Positions 50,327 through 63,943 of a stretch of DNA of 64,000 bases are shown here, piece by piece. Every line of letters begins with the position of its first letter. The first letter of the stretch is position 1. The stretch lies in NCBI GenBank assembly GCA_951406725.2, contig OX597816.1, forward strand, positions 7,936,001 through 8,000,000. The letters run 5' to 3'. Source of the stretch: Octopus vulgaris (Eukaryota). The translations under genes and the position numbers were made by a program. The notes below the pieces were generated by a model. That model was not told where the DNA came from, made no database searches, and saw only the letters and a program-made list of their open reading frames with translations.

Positions 50327-50770
50327 GTTATTAATTTGTTCATTCTTGATGGTTGTTGAAGAATTAGGAGGTATCTTTTTGCAATATTGATGACGACGTG
50401 ATTTCTTGGGTTGTGGGTGATGACAAAAGGAATGTTTATGAGTTCATTTTTATTTCTGTGTGTTTGTTCTCCTCTGAGGTTTGTAGTTGGGATGTTTTCT
50501 GCTTTGGTGATTGCTGTGTTAATTAAACTACTGGGCTATTCTTGTTTTTTTTAGAAATATTTCCAATTTATTTTGCCATATCAAAGGGTTCGTTTCTTTT
50601 GGTATGGGAGAAAGGAATGAAAGTTCAAATATTTGGTGTCTGTAGGTTTGTAGGAGAAATCTGTTTTTATGGTTGTTATTTTCTTTAATTGGAAGTATGT
50701 CTAAAAATGGTAATTCCTTTGTGTGTTGTTCCATGGCGAATTTTTATTGAGGTATGTAAATTATTTAAAA
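50327..50770 (-). pseudogene. Decayed Penelope-like element RT/thumb fragment
   Basis: LNNLHTSIK/FAMEQHTKELPFLDIL, IKTDFSYKPTDTKYLNFHS, LINTAITKAENIP, IPFVITHNP are PLE RT C-terminal motifs. It appears to continue beyond the TSD at about 46120-46180 (SRHQALNLKR). Confidence 0.75.
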
Positions 50771-50893
50771 GTGAGTGAAAGATTCAAAGTCTCTCTCTTT
50801 TTTTTTTGGGTCCTGAATATGAAGCAGTCATCTGGATACCATTTCCACTTTTTTTTTTATATATAAATGGAGAATTGTTTGTGTGTGTGTGTA

Positions 50894-50935
<42 letters not shown>

Positions 50936-52337
50936 TATATATTATATATGCACATGCATGTGTGTGTATATGTGTATGTATGTTGGTATGCATATTTGTA
51001 TGTATATACATTCAAAGGTATAAGGGTTAAGAGGTATATAGATATATTGATGTGGCCGTTGCCAGCCTCGCCTGGCCCCTGTGTCAGTGGCACATAAAAA
51101 GCACCCACTGAGTGGTTGCCGTTAGGAAGGGCATCCAGCTGTAGAAACACTGCCAGATCTGACTGGGCCTGGTGCAGCCTCCTGGCTTCCCAGACCCCAG
51201 TTGAACCGTCCAACCCATGCTAGCATGGAAGGCGGACGTTAAACGATGATGATGATGATGATGCATGTGTGTATATGTACATATGTATATGTGTGTATAT
51301 ATGTATATATATGTATGTATTTATGTGTTTGTGTGTATATTTGTAAACATATGTGGCACGTAAAAAAGCACCATCTGAATGTGGTTGATGCCAGGTCCAG
51401 TCCACCTGACTGGCTCCCATGGCTGTGGCACATAAAATGCACCATTGGAACGTGGCCGATGCCAGTACCCGCTGACCGGCTTCCTGTGCTGGTGGCATTA
51501 GGAAGGGTATCCAACTGTAGAAACACTCCCAGATCAGATTTAAGCGTGGTGCAGCCGCTGTCTCTCCAGACCTCAGTCAAACAGTCCAACCCATGCTAGC
51601 ATGGAAAATTTACGTGAAACAATGATGATGATAATCAGTGGAGAGTTTAGGCCAGTGGTTATAGCAGCCCTTAATGGTTTTCCCTCTATAAATACAACTC
51701 TTCCTTTAATTGAATTGTGTTTTACATTTTTTGGTGCCGATCCCACCAAAAGACTTAGGTTTTGGATATTAAAAATGTTGAGAATCACTGGTTTAGGTCA
51801 TCTGTGATGTTGCAGCAGGTTCTTGTTTGCGAGTTTTATTGGAATTCTTAGCAGCTGCATCATCAATATCAGTCAAGGGCTTAAGCCATCACCATCAGTG
51901 TAATTGAACCACAAGTTAGGAAGATTGGTGGATGGCTTAGGCAATGTATATGGGTGACATTGGCACCTGAGTTAGTTGAGATCTTAAAGCTTATATGTTG
52001 TCAGAGCTAGGTCCTGCTCTGTTAATGGCACTGGAGGGTTTAAGCCATCTATACTGAAGGTAGGGCCCTAGTGTGTCAATATTAATAGAGGTTTGAGGTA
52101 ATCACTTTGAGTTATTTCAGTACAGCTGAACCATAAAGTTGTCAGTGTCTAGATCATCATATTCTGTGCTTTACCTGTTCAATTGTAAATATCAGGGGAG
52201 GGATTAGGCTATCTATAATTTTTTCATCTGTTGCCATATAGATTACATGAGACCTGAGTAGAGTTTTTAAGTAATGGATATCACAGTAGAGCTGAACCCT
52301 AGGTCGTCAATTTTTGTGGTGGGCTAAATTCATATAT

Positions 52338-52552
52338 GAGCAGGTGCTGAAAAGTTCCTGGTTTTAAGGGTATCGTGAAAGGCTTGGTTGGAGGTTCAAC
52401 CTTCTGAGTTCTTTATCAGGGCCTAGAAAAACTGAAGGACCGCTGCAATAAGTGTGAATCTGAGAGGGAAATATGTTGAATAGAATTAATTCACTGATCC
52501 TCCTGTATTTTCTTTTACCCAAAGCCAGGAACGTTTCAGCAGACCTTTGTAT
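52338..52552. mobile_element. mariner-type MITE
   Basis: TIR-like gtgctgaaaagttcctgg.ttt / aaagccaggaacgtttcagca, with TA-like flanks. Confidence 0.55.
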
Positions 52553-55327
52553 ATCCAGGAAATTGGAGGCTATACTGATAAGCAGTGTTGGTGTGTTTAC
52601 ATCCCTGTAACTTAGTGGTTCAGCAAAAGAGACCAACAAAATAAGTACCAGGCTTAAAAAGAATAAGTATGGAGTGCCAACCCCCTTTGCTTGCGAAGAC
52701 ATGTTGGAGCAAGCGAAATCAAAATCGAATTGAACCAGCCAGGATCCCTGGTCTGGTGGTACGTAAAAAGCACTATCCGACTCGTGGCCGATGCCAGCGC
52801 CGCCTCGACTGGCTTCCGTGCCGGTGGCACGTAAAATACACCAATCCAACCGTGGCCGTTGCCAGCCTCGCCTGGCACCTGTGCAGATGGCACGTAAAAA
52901 GCACCCACTACACTCACGGAGTGGTTGGCGTTAGGAAGGGCATCCAGCTGTAGAAACATTGCCAGATAAGACTGGAGCCTGGTGCAGGCTTCCCAGATCC
53001 CCGGTCAAACCGTCCAACCCATGCTAGCATGGAGAACGGATGCTAAACGATGATGATGATGATGGATTCATGAGTGAAATTCAAGGTGGTGCCCCAGCAT
53101 GACCACAGTCTTATAACAGATTATATATATATTTCCAACTCATGCCAGCATGGAAGGTAGATGGTAAATGATGACACACACACACACACACACACATATA
53201 TAAGTAATAGGTAAGTACAATCCAAGTGTAGGAAGTTAGTAAGCTTCAAGAATGTTTGTAGCTAGTTTAGATGACAAAATGTGGACAATATACAAATAAA
53301 AGAGTTTATTAACATTGTAAGATGTACACTTTGTCCCATATTGAAATCAAAGGAAACTTTGATAAGCTGACAGTCACCATACAACTCATGGTTTAGCATG
53401 AGACGATCATATTCTGTGCTTTACCTGTCCAATTCCTTAACTTCTCAAATGAGTGAAATTTTGTACACAAGTTTTCACCACATACACCGACTACAGAAAA
53501 CTGTCTAATATTGGGGTATGTAAAGCCGAAATAGAAAAATGGGTACTAATAGCCATTTTTTTCGGTCTTTTTTTTCTTTATGCCTCATCATCATCATTTA
53601 ATGTCCACTTTCCATGCTAGCATGGGTTGGACGATCTTGACTGAGGACTGGCGAACCAGATGGCTGCATCAGGCTCCAATCTTGATCTGGCAGAGTTTCT
53701 ACAGCTAGATGCCTTTCCTAATGCCCAACCACTCCGAGAGTGTAGTGGGTGCTTTTATGTGCCAGTCAGGCAGTACTGGCAACGACCTTGCTCGAATCTT
53801 TTACATTTTCTATAGTCAATATATATGGTGAAAACATAAGTACAATACACACACACACACACACATACATACATACAAGGTAGAAGACATTTATATCAAA
53901 GGTAGTTTTCAGAAATGAAATGAATTAAGAAAAGCAAGAGAAATTGGTCAGTGGTATGTATTTGAACAAAGACATATATTAAGAAAAAAAAAAAAACATA
54001 CAAGATATACATTTGCGTGTATGATTTATACATCCATGTCAACTGCCAATGCTTAAGATAAGTTCTTCATTTATAAAAATTATTTCCACTTCTTGAGAGA
54101 TTTGAGACAGCAAAATGAGATCAATTTCTAGAAAGAGCAGGACAGGTATTTTGTTCTGCTGGGGACAAGGTAGGTCAAATGCTGTGCTGATGATGCTTGT
54201 TGAGGCAGAAAGAACTGTAGAAGGCAGGCAGTTCTCTTGTTTTCAAATGATCAGATTGTCTTTGCCACAAAGCAATTGTTCTGAAAGCGGGGATAATTTC
54301 AACCAGTGAAATTGCAAATGAAAAACTGAGAACTGTAGACGTCTATAGTTATTGTGTGGTGGGAATGGCAAGGGAGGAAGGGAAACATGGCAGAGGAAGT
54401 TGTGACAAGTGTTGGTTGAGGGGGTGAAAGATAAGAGGGGGCAAAAATGAAATGGAAATGAATCATACACAAATACACTGAAAACTATAATAGTTTGTTG
54501 TGGTGATGGTGTTGGTAAGGCCATAATCATTGGGGTGTGGGTGTCTGTAAGGAGTTGACAGCAAACTATTTTTATTGGCTGAAAAAAAAAAAAAACCCAA
54601 AAAACTGTACAATTTAACCTTTAGCACACTGTAGGTGAATCATATCCCTGTAAAAGTTTTCTCCCTTTTCAATGCAACACAAATACACTTGCAGGTACAG
54701 GGGAGAAAACTAGTATTGTGACATAATTCACCCCCAGTGTGACAAAGGTTAATGCATGCACTTTTCTACACCTGTCGTTGATCAATGCCGTCACCACCGA
54801 CACCACCACCACCTTATTATCACCTCTATAATTTTCATTCCTTTTTTTTTTATGGCTTTCTTTCTCTCTTATGTAAATGCCAACTCTTGAAATGGGAGTG
54901 GGGAGAAGAATTGATGGAGCAGCTTTGTGCCAATTGAGAGGTTAAAGATATAAAGAGACAGAGATAAGGGTCTTGCTATAGATACATGGATTACTCAATT
55001 GGAAGGGAAAGCAGAGAGAGAGAGATGGCAAAGGGGTGTCAGGACATAGCTTTGAGGGATTTTGTGGGTGGTGAGAATATATACAGATTATATTGAGATT
55101 CAAGCAAAAGCCCTGCAGAATGCTATGCAAAGCTTGTCCCCAGTTATTGGCTACCTGGTGTCATCATACAGTGGAAATACTCCCGCAACTGGATATACAT
55201 CAGGAATTCTGTATCTGTAGAGTTTACATAAATAGCCAAATGATAAATAATAACATCTCACCTATGAATTACAGGTGTGAGAATGTGTAGAAACAATTCT
55301 AGTGATTTTGAATAAAGAATGTCATTA

Positions 55328-55479
55328 GGCTGTGTGGTAAGTAGCTTGCTAACCAACCACATGGTTCCGGGTTCAGTCCCACTGCGTGGCATCTTGGGCA
55401 AGTGTCTTCTGCTATAGCCCTGGGCCAACCAATGCCTTGTGAGTGGATTTGGTAGACAGAAACTGAAAGAAGCCTGTCG

Positions 55480-55510
<31 letters not shown>

Positions 55511-55717
55511 ATATGTTTGTGTGTCTGTGTTTGTCCCCCTAGCATTGCTTGACAACCGATGCTGGTGTGTTTACGTCCCCGTCACTTAGCGGTTCGGCAA
55601 AAGAGACCGATAGAATAAGTACTGGGCTTACAAAGAATAAGTCCCGGGGTCGATTTGCTCGACTAAAGGCGGTGCTCCAGCATGGCCGCAGTCAAATGAC
55701 TGAAACAAGTAAAAGAG
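55328..55717 (+). mobile_element. SINE family A copy (young)
   Basis: Near-identical to the family consensus. Confidence 0.85.
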
Positions 55718-55952
55718 AATTCCATTTTCTGCCAGCTCTCTCTCTCTCTCTCTCATATAAATAAATAAAATTCAGACTTAATGATGATATAAATAAAAGA
55801 GTTGAAAGTTCAAGTTGAGAAGAAACCAAACTGGAATTCTTTAGAATCACAATCAACCGTTGGATCATCCTGAAAATGTTAAAAGAGCTGCTGCCTCGTC
55901 AATATCCTTGCTTAAAGATTTATCCCAGTCATACCTCAACTTCCTATGATGT

Positions 55953-56305
55953 TACAGTTCTATATTTAAGAGATGAGGAATTATGTATATCATTTACATT
56001 TGATAGATATTTGTCCTCATCATGTTTGTTGTTAACATAACATTTCGGCTGGTATACCCTCAAGCCTTCATCAGGTGTCTTGGGGAAATTTCAAACCTGG
56101 GTTCTCATTCCTAAGGTATTTTTCGATTCCAGGCAGTGACCTGAATGATAATAATAAATATCAATATTGAAAAATACCTTAGGAATGAGAACCCAGGTTC
56201 CAAATTTCTCCAAGACACCTGATGAAGGCTTCAGGGTATATCAGCCGAAATGTTGTGTTAACAACAAACAAGATGAGGACAAATATCCGTCAAATGTAAA
56301 TAATG
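55953..56305. mobile_element. Family 1 element: back-to-back hammerhead arms with tRNA-head remnant spacer
   Basis: Arms 55953-56126 (-) and 56168-56305 (+), hammerheads at 56034-56079 and 56214-56259, spacer cgattccaggcagtgacctgaat. 12-bp TSD ttcctatgatgt at 55941-55952 and 56306-56317. Confidence 0.85.
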
Positions 56306-57459
56306 TTCCTATGATGTATCTATCGCAAACTGAAACATTATTAGAAGGGTTCTTTTTAAGAAGGCGAGTTCTGGATTATTAACTTTTCTATAACATTTAA
56401 TATAAAATATTTGAATGTCTTTCACTGGTTGGAAAGTATTGGACAATTTGTCCAAGAAAATGATACGAAAACAAAATAGATTTTGGTGGTTACTTTCATC
56501 AAAAAATGCAAAAAATGTTATTGGCTGGGAGTATATTGGATATGGACTGGTTTACAAGGAACAATTCCTTAAAGATTTAACTTGCTTTAGAAATGGATTT
56601 ATTAAAGATAAACCTCAATATTTTAGCAGCTCCTATAAGTTTGGCAAATTGAAATTCAGAAATTCTTTACCTGAAATTACTTCATTTTGTTAGAAGGCAC
56701 CAAAAAGTCAACTGTACCGAAAATAATAAGCTACACTAGAGCTTTCAGGCCCAGAGAAATATTTTAAAAAGGAATAAGAAAAGCTGATACATGTGTTGGG
56801 AATGGTATTTTGCTTGGTCCCAGAAGAGAAATAAAATTAAGACTTTTTTAATATTAATGTAGAATCATGATCTTTTAAGTTTAGCATTGGTAAAAAAAAT
56901 TCCTTGCCCCAGAATAAATGGGGAACCCGCATTAAGATGGATAAAATATAAATTAGTTTATGAAAATAGGGAACATCCCCATGGGGACGTTCAGTCAGCA
57001 ATGAGGATTCATAAATAGAAAGGAAGAGAAAAGAAAATATTAAAATGCTTCCAATTCTATGACCAGACACAATATTCCATTTGAATAAGGCAACAAAGAG
57101 TGGAATGGTTGTCTTGTATTAAACAATAAAAGAATTCTGACAATAAAACAATACATGTTGTATTGAACCATTCCTACAAAAGAAATAAAAAGTTTTTGCT
57201 TTTTTTTTATCTCGTAGGAATTTATGGAAAAATAATCGTTTGTCACAAAATAATAAATAAAACACCTTCAATTAATTAAATATTAATTAATTCATGAAAA
57301 AATAAAACAAAAATTGTAAAATATTTTCTGTAATGATGAAGTGTTTTCTTAGGAAGTTGGTTCAATAAGTTATTGAAACAATTATAGAAATTAACGAAGA
57401 CAAGTCTTATCACAATGTTTTTTTTTCACTCAAAAGATTTGAGGAATAAATTTTTTGGT

Positions 57460-57794
57460 TTAAATATTAGTCGGCAAGTCTAAACGACCTCTACTAGACG
57501 AGGCTGAATAAATGGAACTGTCATCAGAGTCAGAAGGAAAATATGTGTTAGGATTTGATGCTATTGACTCACAACTGTCAGAGACGGACAGGGTAATATG
57601 ATGACCAAAATCAGAATCATCTTGGAGCTGAGACAAACTGCCTGGCAGGTTATACATTCCTTCGAGTTTTATGTCTGAAGAATTATCTGTTTCTTTTGAA
57701 GAGTAATTGTGGATAAAGTCCATGTTTTCGTCTAATATTAGTTTGTGCGTTCTGGAAAAGTAGAGTTGGAGGTCATCGAAACTGTTGTTGGAAT
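57460..57794 (-). CDS. RNF217: RNF217 probable terminal coding exon (acidic Ser-rich tail, ...SSSRGRLDLPTNI*)
   Basis: ttttccccacag acceptor, phase 1 compatible with the TM exon, open to TAA. Confidence 0.75.
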
Positions 57795-58029
57795 CTGTGG
57801 GGAAAAAAAATAAAAGAATAAAATTAAATAATGACAAAAAAAAATTAAATCTAATATAAAAAGCGTTATTAAAAAAAAAAAGATTTCACTTTTTGTATTT
57901 GTTTAATCCATGTATTTGTTTAACATGGAGGAATGTGGTAAAATGGACATAAAACAAACACAAAGAACCATCCATAGAATTCTTAAACCTTTAGCATTTA
58001 AACTTGATGATGATGATGATGAAGACTTA

Positions 58030-59066
58030 TGGTGAAAACTCTCTGCGTTGGGTGTAAGAGACGATCTCTATAACTGGTTGAAGTCCTTTATTATCGTCCG
58101 AAAAGAGGTTGTCACAGTTCTAGGACAGCACTCTTCACCCTATGAGATGACATCTGGTGCTGGTGTACCACAGGGATCTGTTCTTGGCCCCCTTTTATTT
58201 GTTGCATATGTTAATGACATAGATGCCAACTTAAAGAATGCCACAGTGCTGAAATATGCAGATGACATCAAGCTGTACCTCGAAATAAAGAGGTCAGATC
58301 CTGTACACTATAGATCTCTATTGCAAGCAGACCTGGACACAATGCAGCAGTGGATCATGGACTGATAACTCAAGCTGGCTGTGGACAAATGCACCACCAT
58401 GCATTTTGGGAGGAGAAACCCAGCATCCACCTACTCCCTCCACAACACTAGTCTCAAAAAGTCTTCATGTGAACGTGACCTGGGTGTTATTGTCGACAGT
58501 GATTTGCGTTGGACAAAACACATCGCTAAAATTGTCAAGAAGGCTGAGGGTGTCTTGGCATCACTCACCAAATCCTTTGTGAGTTGCTCTCCGGCTATCT
58601 ATCTGAGGTTTTATATGGCTATGGTGCGACCTCACCTGGAATTTGTAATCACCGGTCTGGAACCCCCATCTTGCCCAGGATATTAATCATCTGGAAGCTG
58701 TTCAGCGATGTGCAACCAAGAGAATACCCTCCATCAGGCATTTGCCATATTCTGAACGCCTTGCTTTCTTGGGCATGGATACATTGAAACTCCGACTTCT
58801 GGCAGCTGACTTGGCAGACACCCATAAAATTATTAACCATCTTACTAACAATAACTCTGAGCACCTTTTCAAACTCCACCCGTCTAACACCCATGGACAT
58901 GTTTACAAAGTCAGAAAACAGCATAGCTCCCATGACTTTCGGGAACATTTTTTCACGCTAAGAGTTGCTGAAGCATGGAACAAACTGCAGGCATCAGTTG
59001 TTAGTTGTCGGAGCACTGCATCCTTCAAAACTTCCATGCTTCCTGAGATTCGCCAACACTACACCT
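58030..59066 (+). mobile_element. CR1-clade LINE, 3' RT fragment (decayed)
   Basis: GVPQGSVLGPLLF, KYADDIKL, KCTTMHFG, ERDLGVIVD, MVRPHLEF, FFTLRVAEAWNKL, with stops and frameshifts. Confidence 0.9.
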
Positions 59067-59174
59067 GAGAGAGAGAGAGAGTGGGAGACAACAGGATAGA
59101 AATGGTAGCAAAGTGCCAGGGATATTCACAAGGAATGGGGATATAACAACAATCAAATCAATCAGTCTACTTAC

Positions 59175-59336
59175 AGTTGGTTCTGAATCTGTTTAAGTCC
59201 TTTCTTCGATACTTCAAGCGTCGATAGAGGCAGACACTTCCGTAAATTGGGAGGAAGACAGAGCCCAATCCTACAAGAGCGCCACCAACCCCGACAGCCA
59301 AGCCACCGAGCATAACTGAAGCCAGCAACTTTCCAC
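59175..59336 (-). CDS. RNF217: RNF217 transmembrane exon: (G)GKLLASVMLGGLAVGVGGALVGLGSVFLPIYGSVCLYRRLKYRRKDLNRFRTN
   Basis: ctgcag acceptor, gtaagt donor, 162 nt, phase 1/1. Hydrophobic helix, PIY and a basic cluster, as in RNF217. Confidence 0.9.
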
Positions 59337-61058
59337 CTGCAGACAAACAAGAACAAATTTATTCCCATCAAATTCTTATAATATTGACTTGGAGAACTGG
59401 GAAAATTATTTTATAATGTATACTTTCATGGTGTTTCATCACCATCAACATTTAACCCTTTCGATACCAACCCGGCTGAAACCACCTCTGGCTCTGTAGT
59501 ACAAATGTCTTGTTTTCATAAGTTTTGAATTAAAATCTTCCACCAAACCTTACTCACAATTTATGTTCCTAACACTAGCTTAATGATAACGATGTTATTT
59601 TACTAAATTCTTTGTTATATTTAAAATAATTGAAAGAAACAGAGCCTCTTGACAGAAATACAGTAACGAAAGAGTTAAAGTCATCATGATATTTTAAACC
59701 CTTTTGATACCAACCCGGCTGAAACTGCCCCTGGCTCTGTAGTACAAATGTCTGGTTTTCAAAAGTTCTGAATTAAAATCTTCCACCAAACCTTAGTCAC
59801 AATTTATGTTCCTAATACTAGCTGAATGATAACTAAGTTATTTTACTAAATTCTTTGTTATATTTAAAATTAATTGAAAGAAACAGAGCATCGCAAAATA
59901 AATACAGTAACGAAAGGTTTAACGTCTGTTTTCCAAGCTGGCATGGGTCGGACAGATGGACATGGGTGCTATGTCTTTTCGTCCGATGTCACTTCATCAA
60001 ATGCTTTTTTTATCAAATGTCTTTCTGTCCACATCTTTTGATCCAAAATTCTCAATGGTTATTCGATTTTGATGTTTACCTTGTTTTTTAAAGAGTTTAT
60101 TTAAAATCATCAGACAAAAAGACGTCGGACCAAAAGACGTGGACAAGGAACCATTGGACAAAGTGACATCGGACAAAAAGTCAGGTCACGATGGACAGGA
60201 ACCACTCTAGGTTTCATGGTCTGTTTCGGCTTGATTTCTACAGCTGGATGCCTTTCCTAACACCAACCATTTTACAGAGTGTGCTGGGTGCCTTTTACAC
60301 GGCACCAACACCAGTTGGGAAGCATTACCAAATGTTTGCTTCAAGTATTTATTGGAAGATGGTACAAAATGGGTTTAATCGTGACTGACAGAGCAGATTA
60401 AATTTACACCACTCTCATGGAGTTATAGAATTTATAACTGCAACTTTGAATCTTTGGGTCTTCTACCGTTTCCACAGAAATATCGGTTAAACAAGTGATT
60501 AGATCCCTTATTATTGGGGCCTTTGTTTATCATGAAAAACTTTGCCTCCCTGGGGTTGCAAATCTCTCTTCACTCTCTAAGGAGCCCTTGAACTCAATCT
60601 TTGAAGCCAGTAATATGAGATGTGTCTGTTAATGTGAACCAAACCAACAAACAGCCATGGATGCAGTGACACCTCAATACCAAAATATAAACTATGGATC
60701 CATAAAAATCTTAGTTTAAGTCTTGTCAGCTCAGAGAACAATAATTTTCTGCCCATCTTCTGTTTGTTGAGACGGATGACAATGAGGAATCTGCATAACC
60801 AATAGTTGAAAATAATATCGGAATCTAAGAAAAATATCCAAAGAACTGTAGAAATTGTTCATTCACTGGGCCAGCTATTTTACCACAACTAGCTGCATTG
60901 TTTTGCATCCAAATCATTCTAAGTTGAATCTTTTATTCTTTCTGGATAAAATAAGAATTAATCTTTTCCTCAATTTGTTTTAATAATTTTATGGGTTTCC
61001 CTACAAGAATTACCTTTGTTAGAGTGGAAAAAAAATGAAATCAAAATGTGCTGCTAAT

Positions 61059-61425
61059 CTCTCTCTATATAAAGCTGAAGTTGTCTGTGTCCGGCAGGTT
61101 TGGTAGCCTTCAACTAACACTATCTCCTCCGAGACCTTGCGGTGCAAGTTGACCAAAATTGAGAGTATGATAGAAGAAGTCTTGTTCTTCCTTCCATAGA
61201 AGAAAAAATTCAAATTGGACCATGTTAACACCAAAAATTACTTACATTAAAAACGTGCTTTTTTTCTATGAAAATCCATATTTTTTAAACAATTTTTTGA
61301 CCGCTGTGTTGCCATTTTTAAGTTCACTTAAAGAGAATAACAAGCTACATAATGCAAAATTTTTACTTTTCAAAAATTCCAATTCTAAAGGGTCAAAACA
61401 AACCCGAGCAACGCCGGGCGATAGT
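61059..61425 (+). mobile_element. Non-autonomous Helitron fragment
   Basis: TC..TATATAAA start and cccgagcaacgccgggc subterminal hairpin; related to 30844-31212. Confidence 0.65.
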
Positions 61426-61497
61426 TGTTCTGATAAATTCCAATAAATGATTTGATTCTAAAGTTTATGTTAAGGAATAATCATGGGTTTTACTTAC

Positions 61498-61699
61498 CAA
61501 ATAAAGTTCCTCGAATCAATTTCCTGGCAATATTTTTCTGCGGAAGGAAATGGTATTTGCAACCAAATACACTTAATTTGCTAAAATGATCACCAAAAAA
61601 TTTAATTCCACGAAATTTATCTCCACAAAGATAGCAGAAATTGGTATCACACTTCTTACAAGACATTTGATCACAGCCAGTGGAACGTTGGATGAAAAT
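61498..61699 (-). CDS. RNF217: RNF217 RING2 exon: IFIQRSTGCDQMSCKKCDTNFCYLCGDKFRGIKFFGDHFSKLSVFGCKYHFLPQKNIARKLIRGTLF
   Basis: ttttcag/gtaagt, 202 nt. RBR RING2 GC..M.C..C.TNFCY.CG plus the RNF217-type FFGDH.S.LS.FGCKY. Confidence 0.93.
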
Positions 61700-61868
61700 C
61701 TGAAAAAGAAAGAAAAAAAGGGGAGTGGTGAATATCATATCCTTTTTTTCTTTTTCGTGTTTCAGTCATTTAACTGCAGCCATGCTGGAGCACTGCCTTT
61801 AGTTGAGCAAATCGACCCCAGAACTTATTCTTTGTAAGCCTAGTAATTATCTGCAGAAGGGATTAAAA

Positions 61869-62092
61869 ATACAGTAATTCCTCACCATATTGCAGTTCAC
61901 CTATCGCGGTTTATTATTTAAGCTTACATCGATTCCTCCATGGTGTTGTTATGCAATTATAATAAAATAAATATATACAAATTATAAAAATAATAAAAAA
62001 ATATATACAGTATAGTACTGTTTCTACTTTGTGGATTTTCACCTATCGTGGAGGGTTTTGGAATGTATCACCCGTGATGGATGAGGGATTTC
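61869..62092. mobile_element. pogo/Tigger-like MITE
   Basis: tacagtaattcctc start, repeated tcacctatcg motif, gagggatt end. Confidence 0.45.
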
Positions 62093-62447
62093 CATAATTC
62101 ACCCTGTCACTGCCTACAGGCATAGTATAGTGGATAAGGATGTTGGTCAATGCAGTGTAGTCACCTAGATGTCCAGAGTTCAATCCCAGGCACCAAAATA
62201 ATTCACAAAAAAAAATTTTTTTAAATGCCATGAAATGCAGAGAGTGGAATGAAAACAGCACAAACTCCGTGGATCAAATAAAGTGTTAGGTTTGAAATTC
62301 CGATACAACAAAAGAGTTCAAGACAAGACACTTCAAGAAGGTTGGAGCATACAACAGCTGGAATGTAGTGAAAGCAGCAGTGGAGATGAGGACACCAATC
62401 GAACTAAGGTAAACAGTAAATACATAATACAAATTCTTAGCGGGGCG

Positions 62448-62847
62448 TCCATGCTAGTGGGGTGCAAAGAGCACCATATGAGCGTGATTGTTGACAGAGC
62501 GGCTAACTGGCCCCCATGCTGTGACATGTAAAAGGGCAGCATTCGAGTGTGATCGTTACCAGCATCGCCTTACTGGCATTTGTGCTGGTGGCATGTGTAA
62601 GAGATTCGAGCGTGGTCGTTGCCAGTGCCGCCTGACTGGCTCCTGTGCCAGTGGCATGTTAGTTAGTTAATTTGGCATGTAAAAGCACCCACTACACTCT
62701 CGGAGTTGTTGGCGTTAGGAAGGGCATCCAGCTGTAGAAACTCTGCCAGATCAAGATTGGAGCCTGGTGCGGCCGTCTGGTTCGCCAGCCCTCAGTCAAA
62801 TTGTCCAACCCATGCAAGCATGGAAAGCGAACATTAAATGATGATGA
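62448..62847 (+). mobile_element. RTE-LINE 3' UTR fragment
   Basis: Tandem units and conserved tail. Confidence 0.8.
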
Positions 62848-63943
62848 CAAATACAGAATTGTAAGATACAGTTTGAATAAACAAGTTTTGTTTAACACAT
62901 TTTGTATTTTTTTAAACAGTCCTCTAATATTTCACCGATTGAAACAAACTTAAAATGGAACACACAAAGAAAGCAGGAGTTTATAAGAGAGAGCAGAATC
63001 GCAGGCGGGGAATGTTGAAAATCAGTGAAAGCCAAGACGAAAGAGATGTGGGTTGTGAAATAGAAAAGAATTCCATCAAAACAATCGTTTTTCCTCTCTA
63101 AAGTAATATTCAAACTGAAGTTAATGTTATCAGAGGCACAGACAGGGCTGTGTGGTAAGAAGCTTGCTTCTGAACCACATGGTCCCAGGTTCAGTTCCAT
63201 TGCGTGGAACCTTTGGAAAGTGTCTTTTACCCAAGTGCCTTGGGTTGACCAGACCCATGTGAGTGGATTTGGTAGACGGAAACTGAAAGAAGCCTGCTGC
63301 ATGTATATGTGTGTTTGTTCCCCACTACTGCTTGACAATTAGTATTGGTGTGTTTATGTCCCCTGTAACTTAGCAGTTCAGTAAAAGAGGCTGACAGAAA
63401 AAGTACCAGACTAAAACAAAAAAAGAAAAAAAAAGAAAAGAAAAAAAAAATCAGGCAATGGTATTGATTCATTTGACTAAAAAATTGCTTCAAGGCAGTG
63501 CCCCAGCATGGCCACAGTCCATGGAATAAGCTGCCAGACGAGATGGTGAAGATGCCGACGACCGCTCGGTTCAAAGTCTCCCTTGACCTCAAGTGGCCTG
63601 TACTCTTTACATGAACACCACCCTGTACATAACTCCATGTCCCCCTACATGGCCTTGATCTTTGCTTTTTGAGCCAAAAAATTAATTAACTAACAAATGA
63701 CTGAAACAAGTGAAAGAGAAAAGATTTAAATAATTGATAAGAATCTAGTATAATGAAGGAGAGAAAATGAAGTTTAATTAAAACTAAACCCAAGTCGGAG
63801 AGGTTTTAGACAAGGTTGAATAAGAGGAAAAAAAAAAAAGGTTGCCACCTTTCAACTGTTGGCAAAATTATTTGAACAAACTTTTACCAGTAATAACTGG
63901 GGCAGGATGTATCTAAGAGACAATATTAGGGGTTCTTGACTAG

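Noticed and set aside
59970-60190. Short inverted-repeat element inside an RTE tail
   Set aside because: Probably an ordinary MITE; termini are too degenerate to classify.
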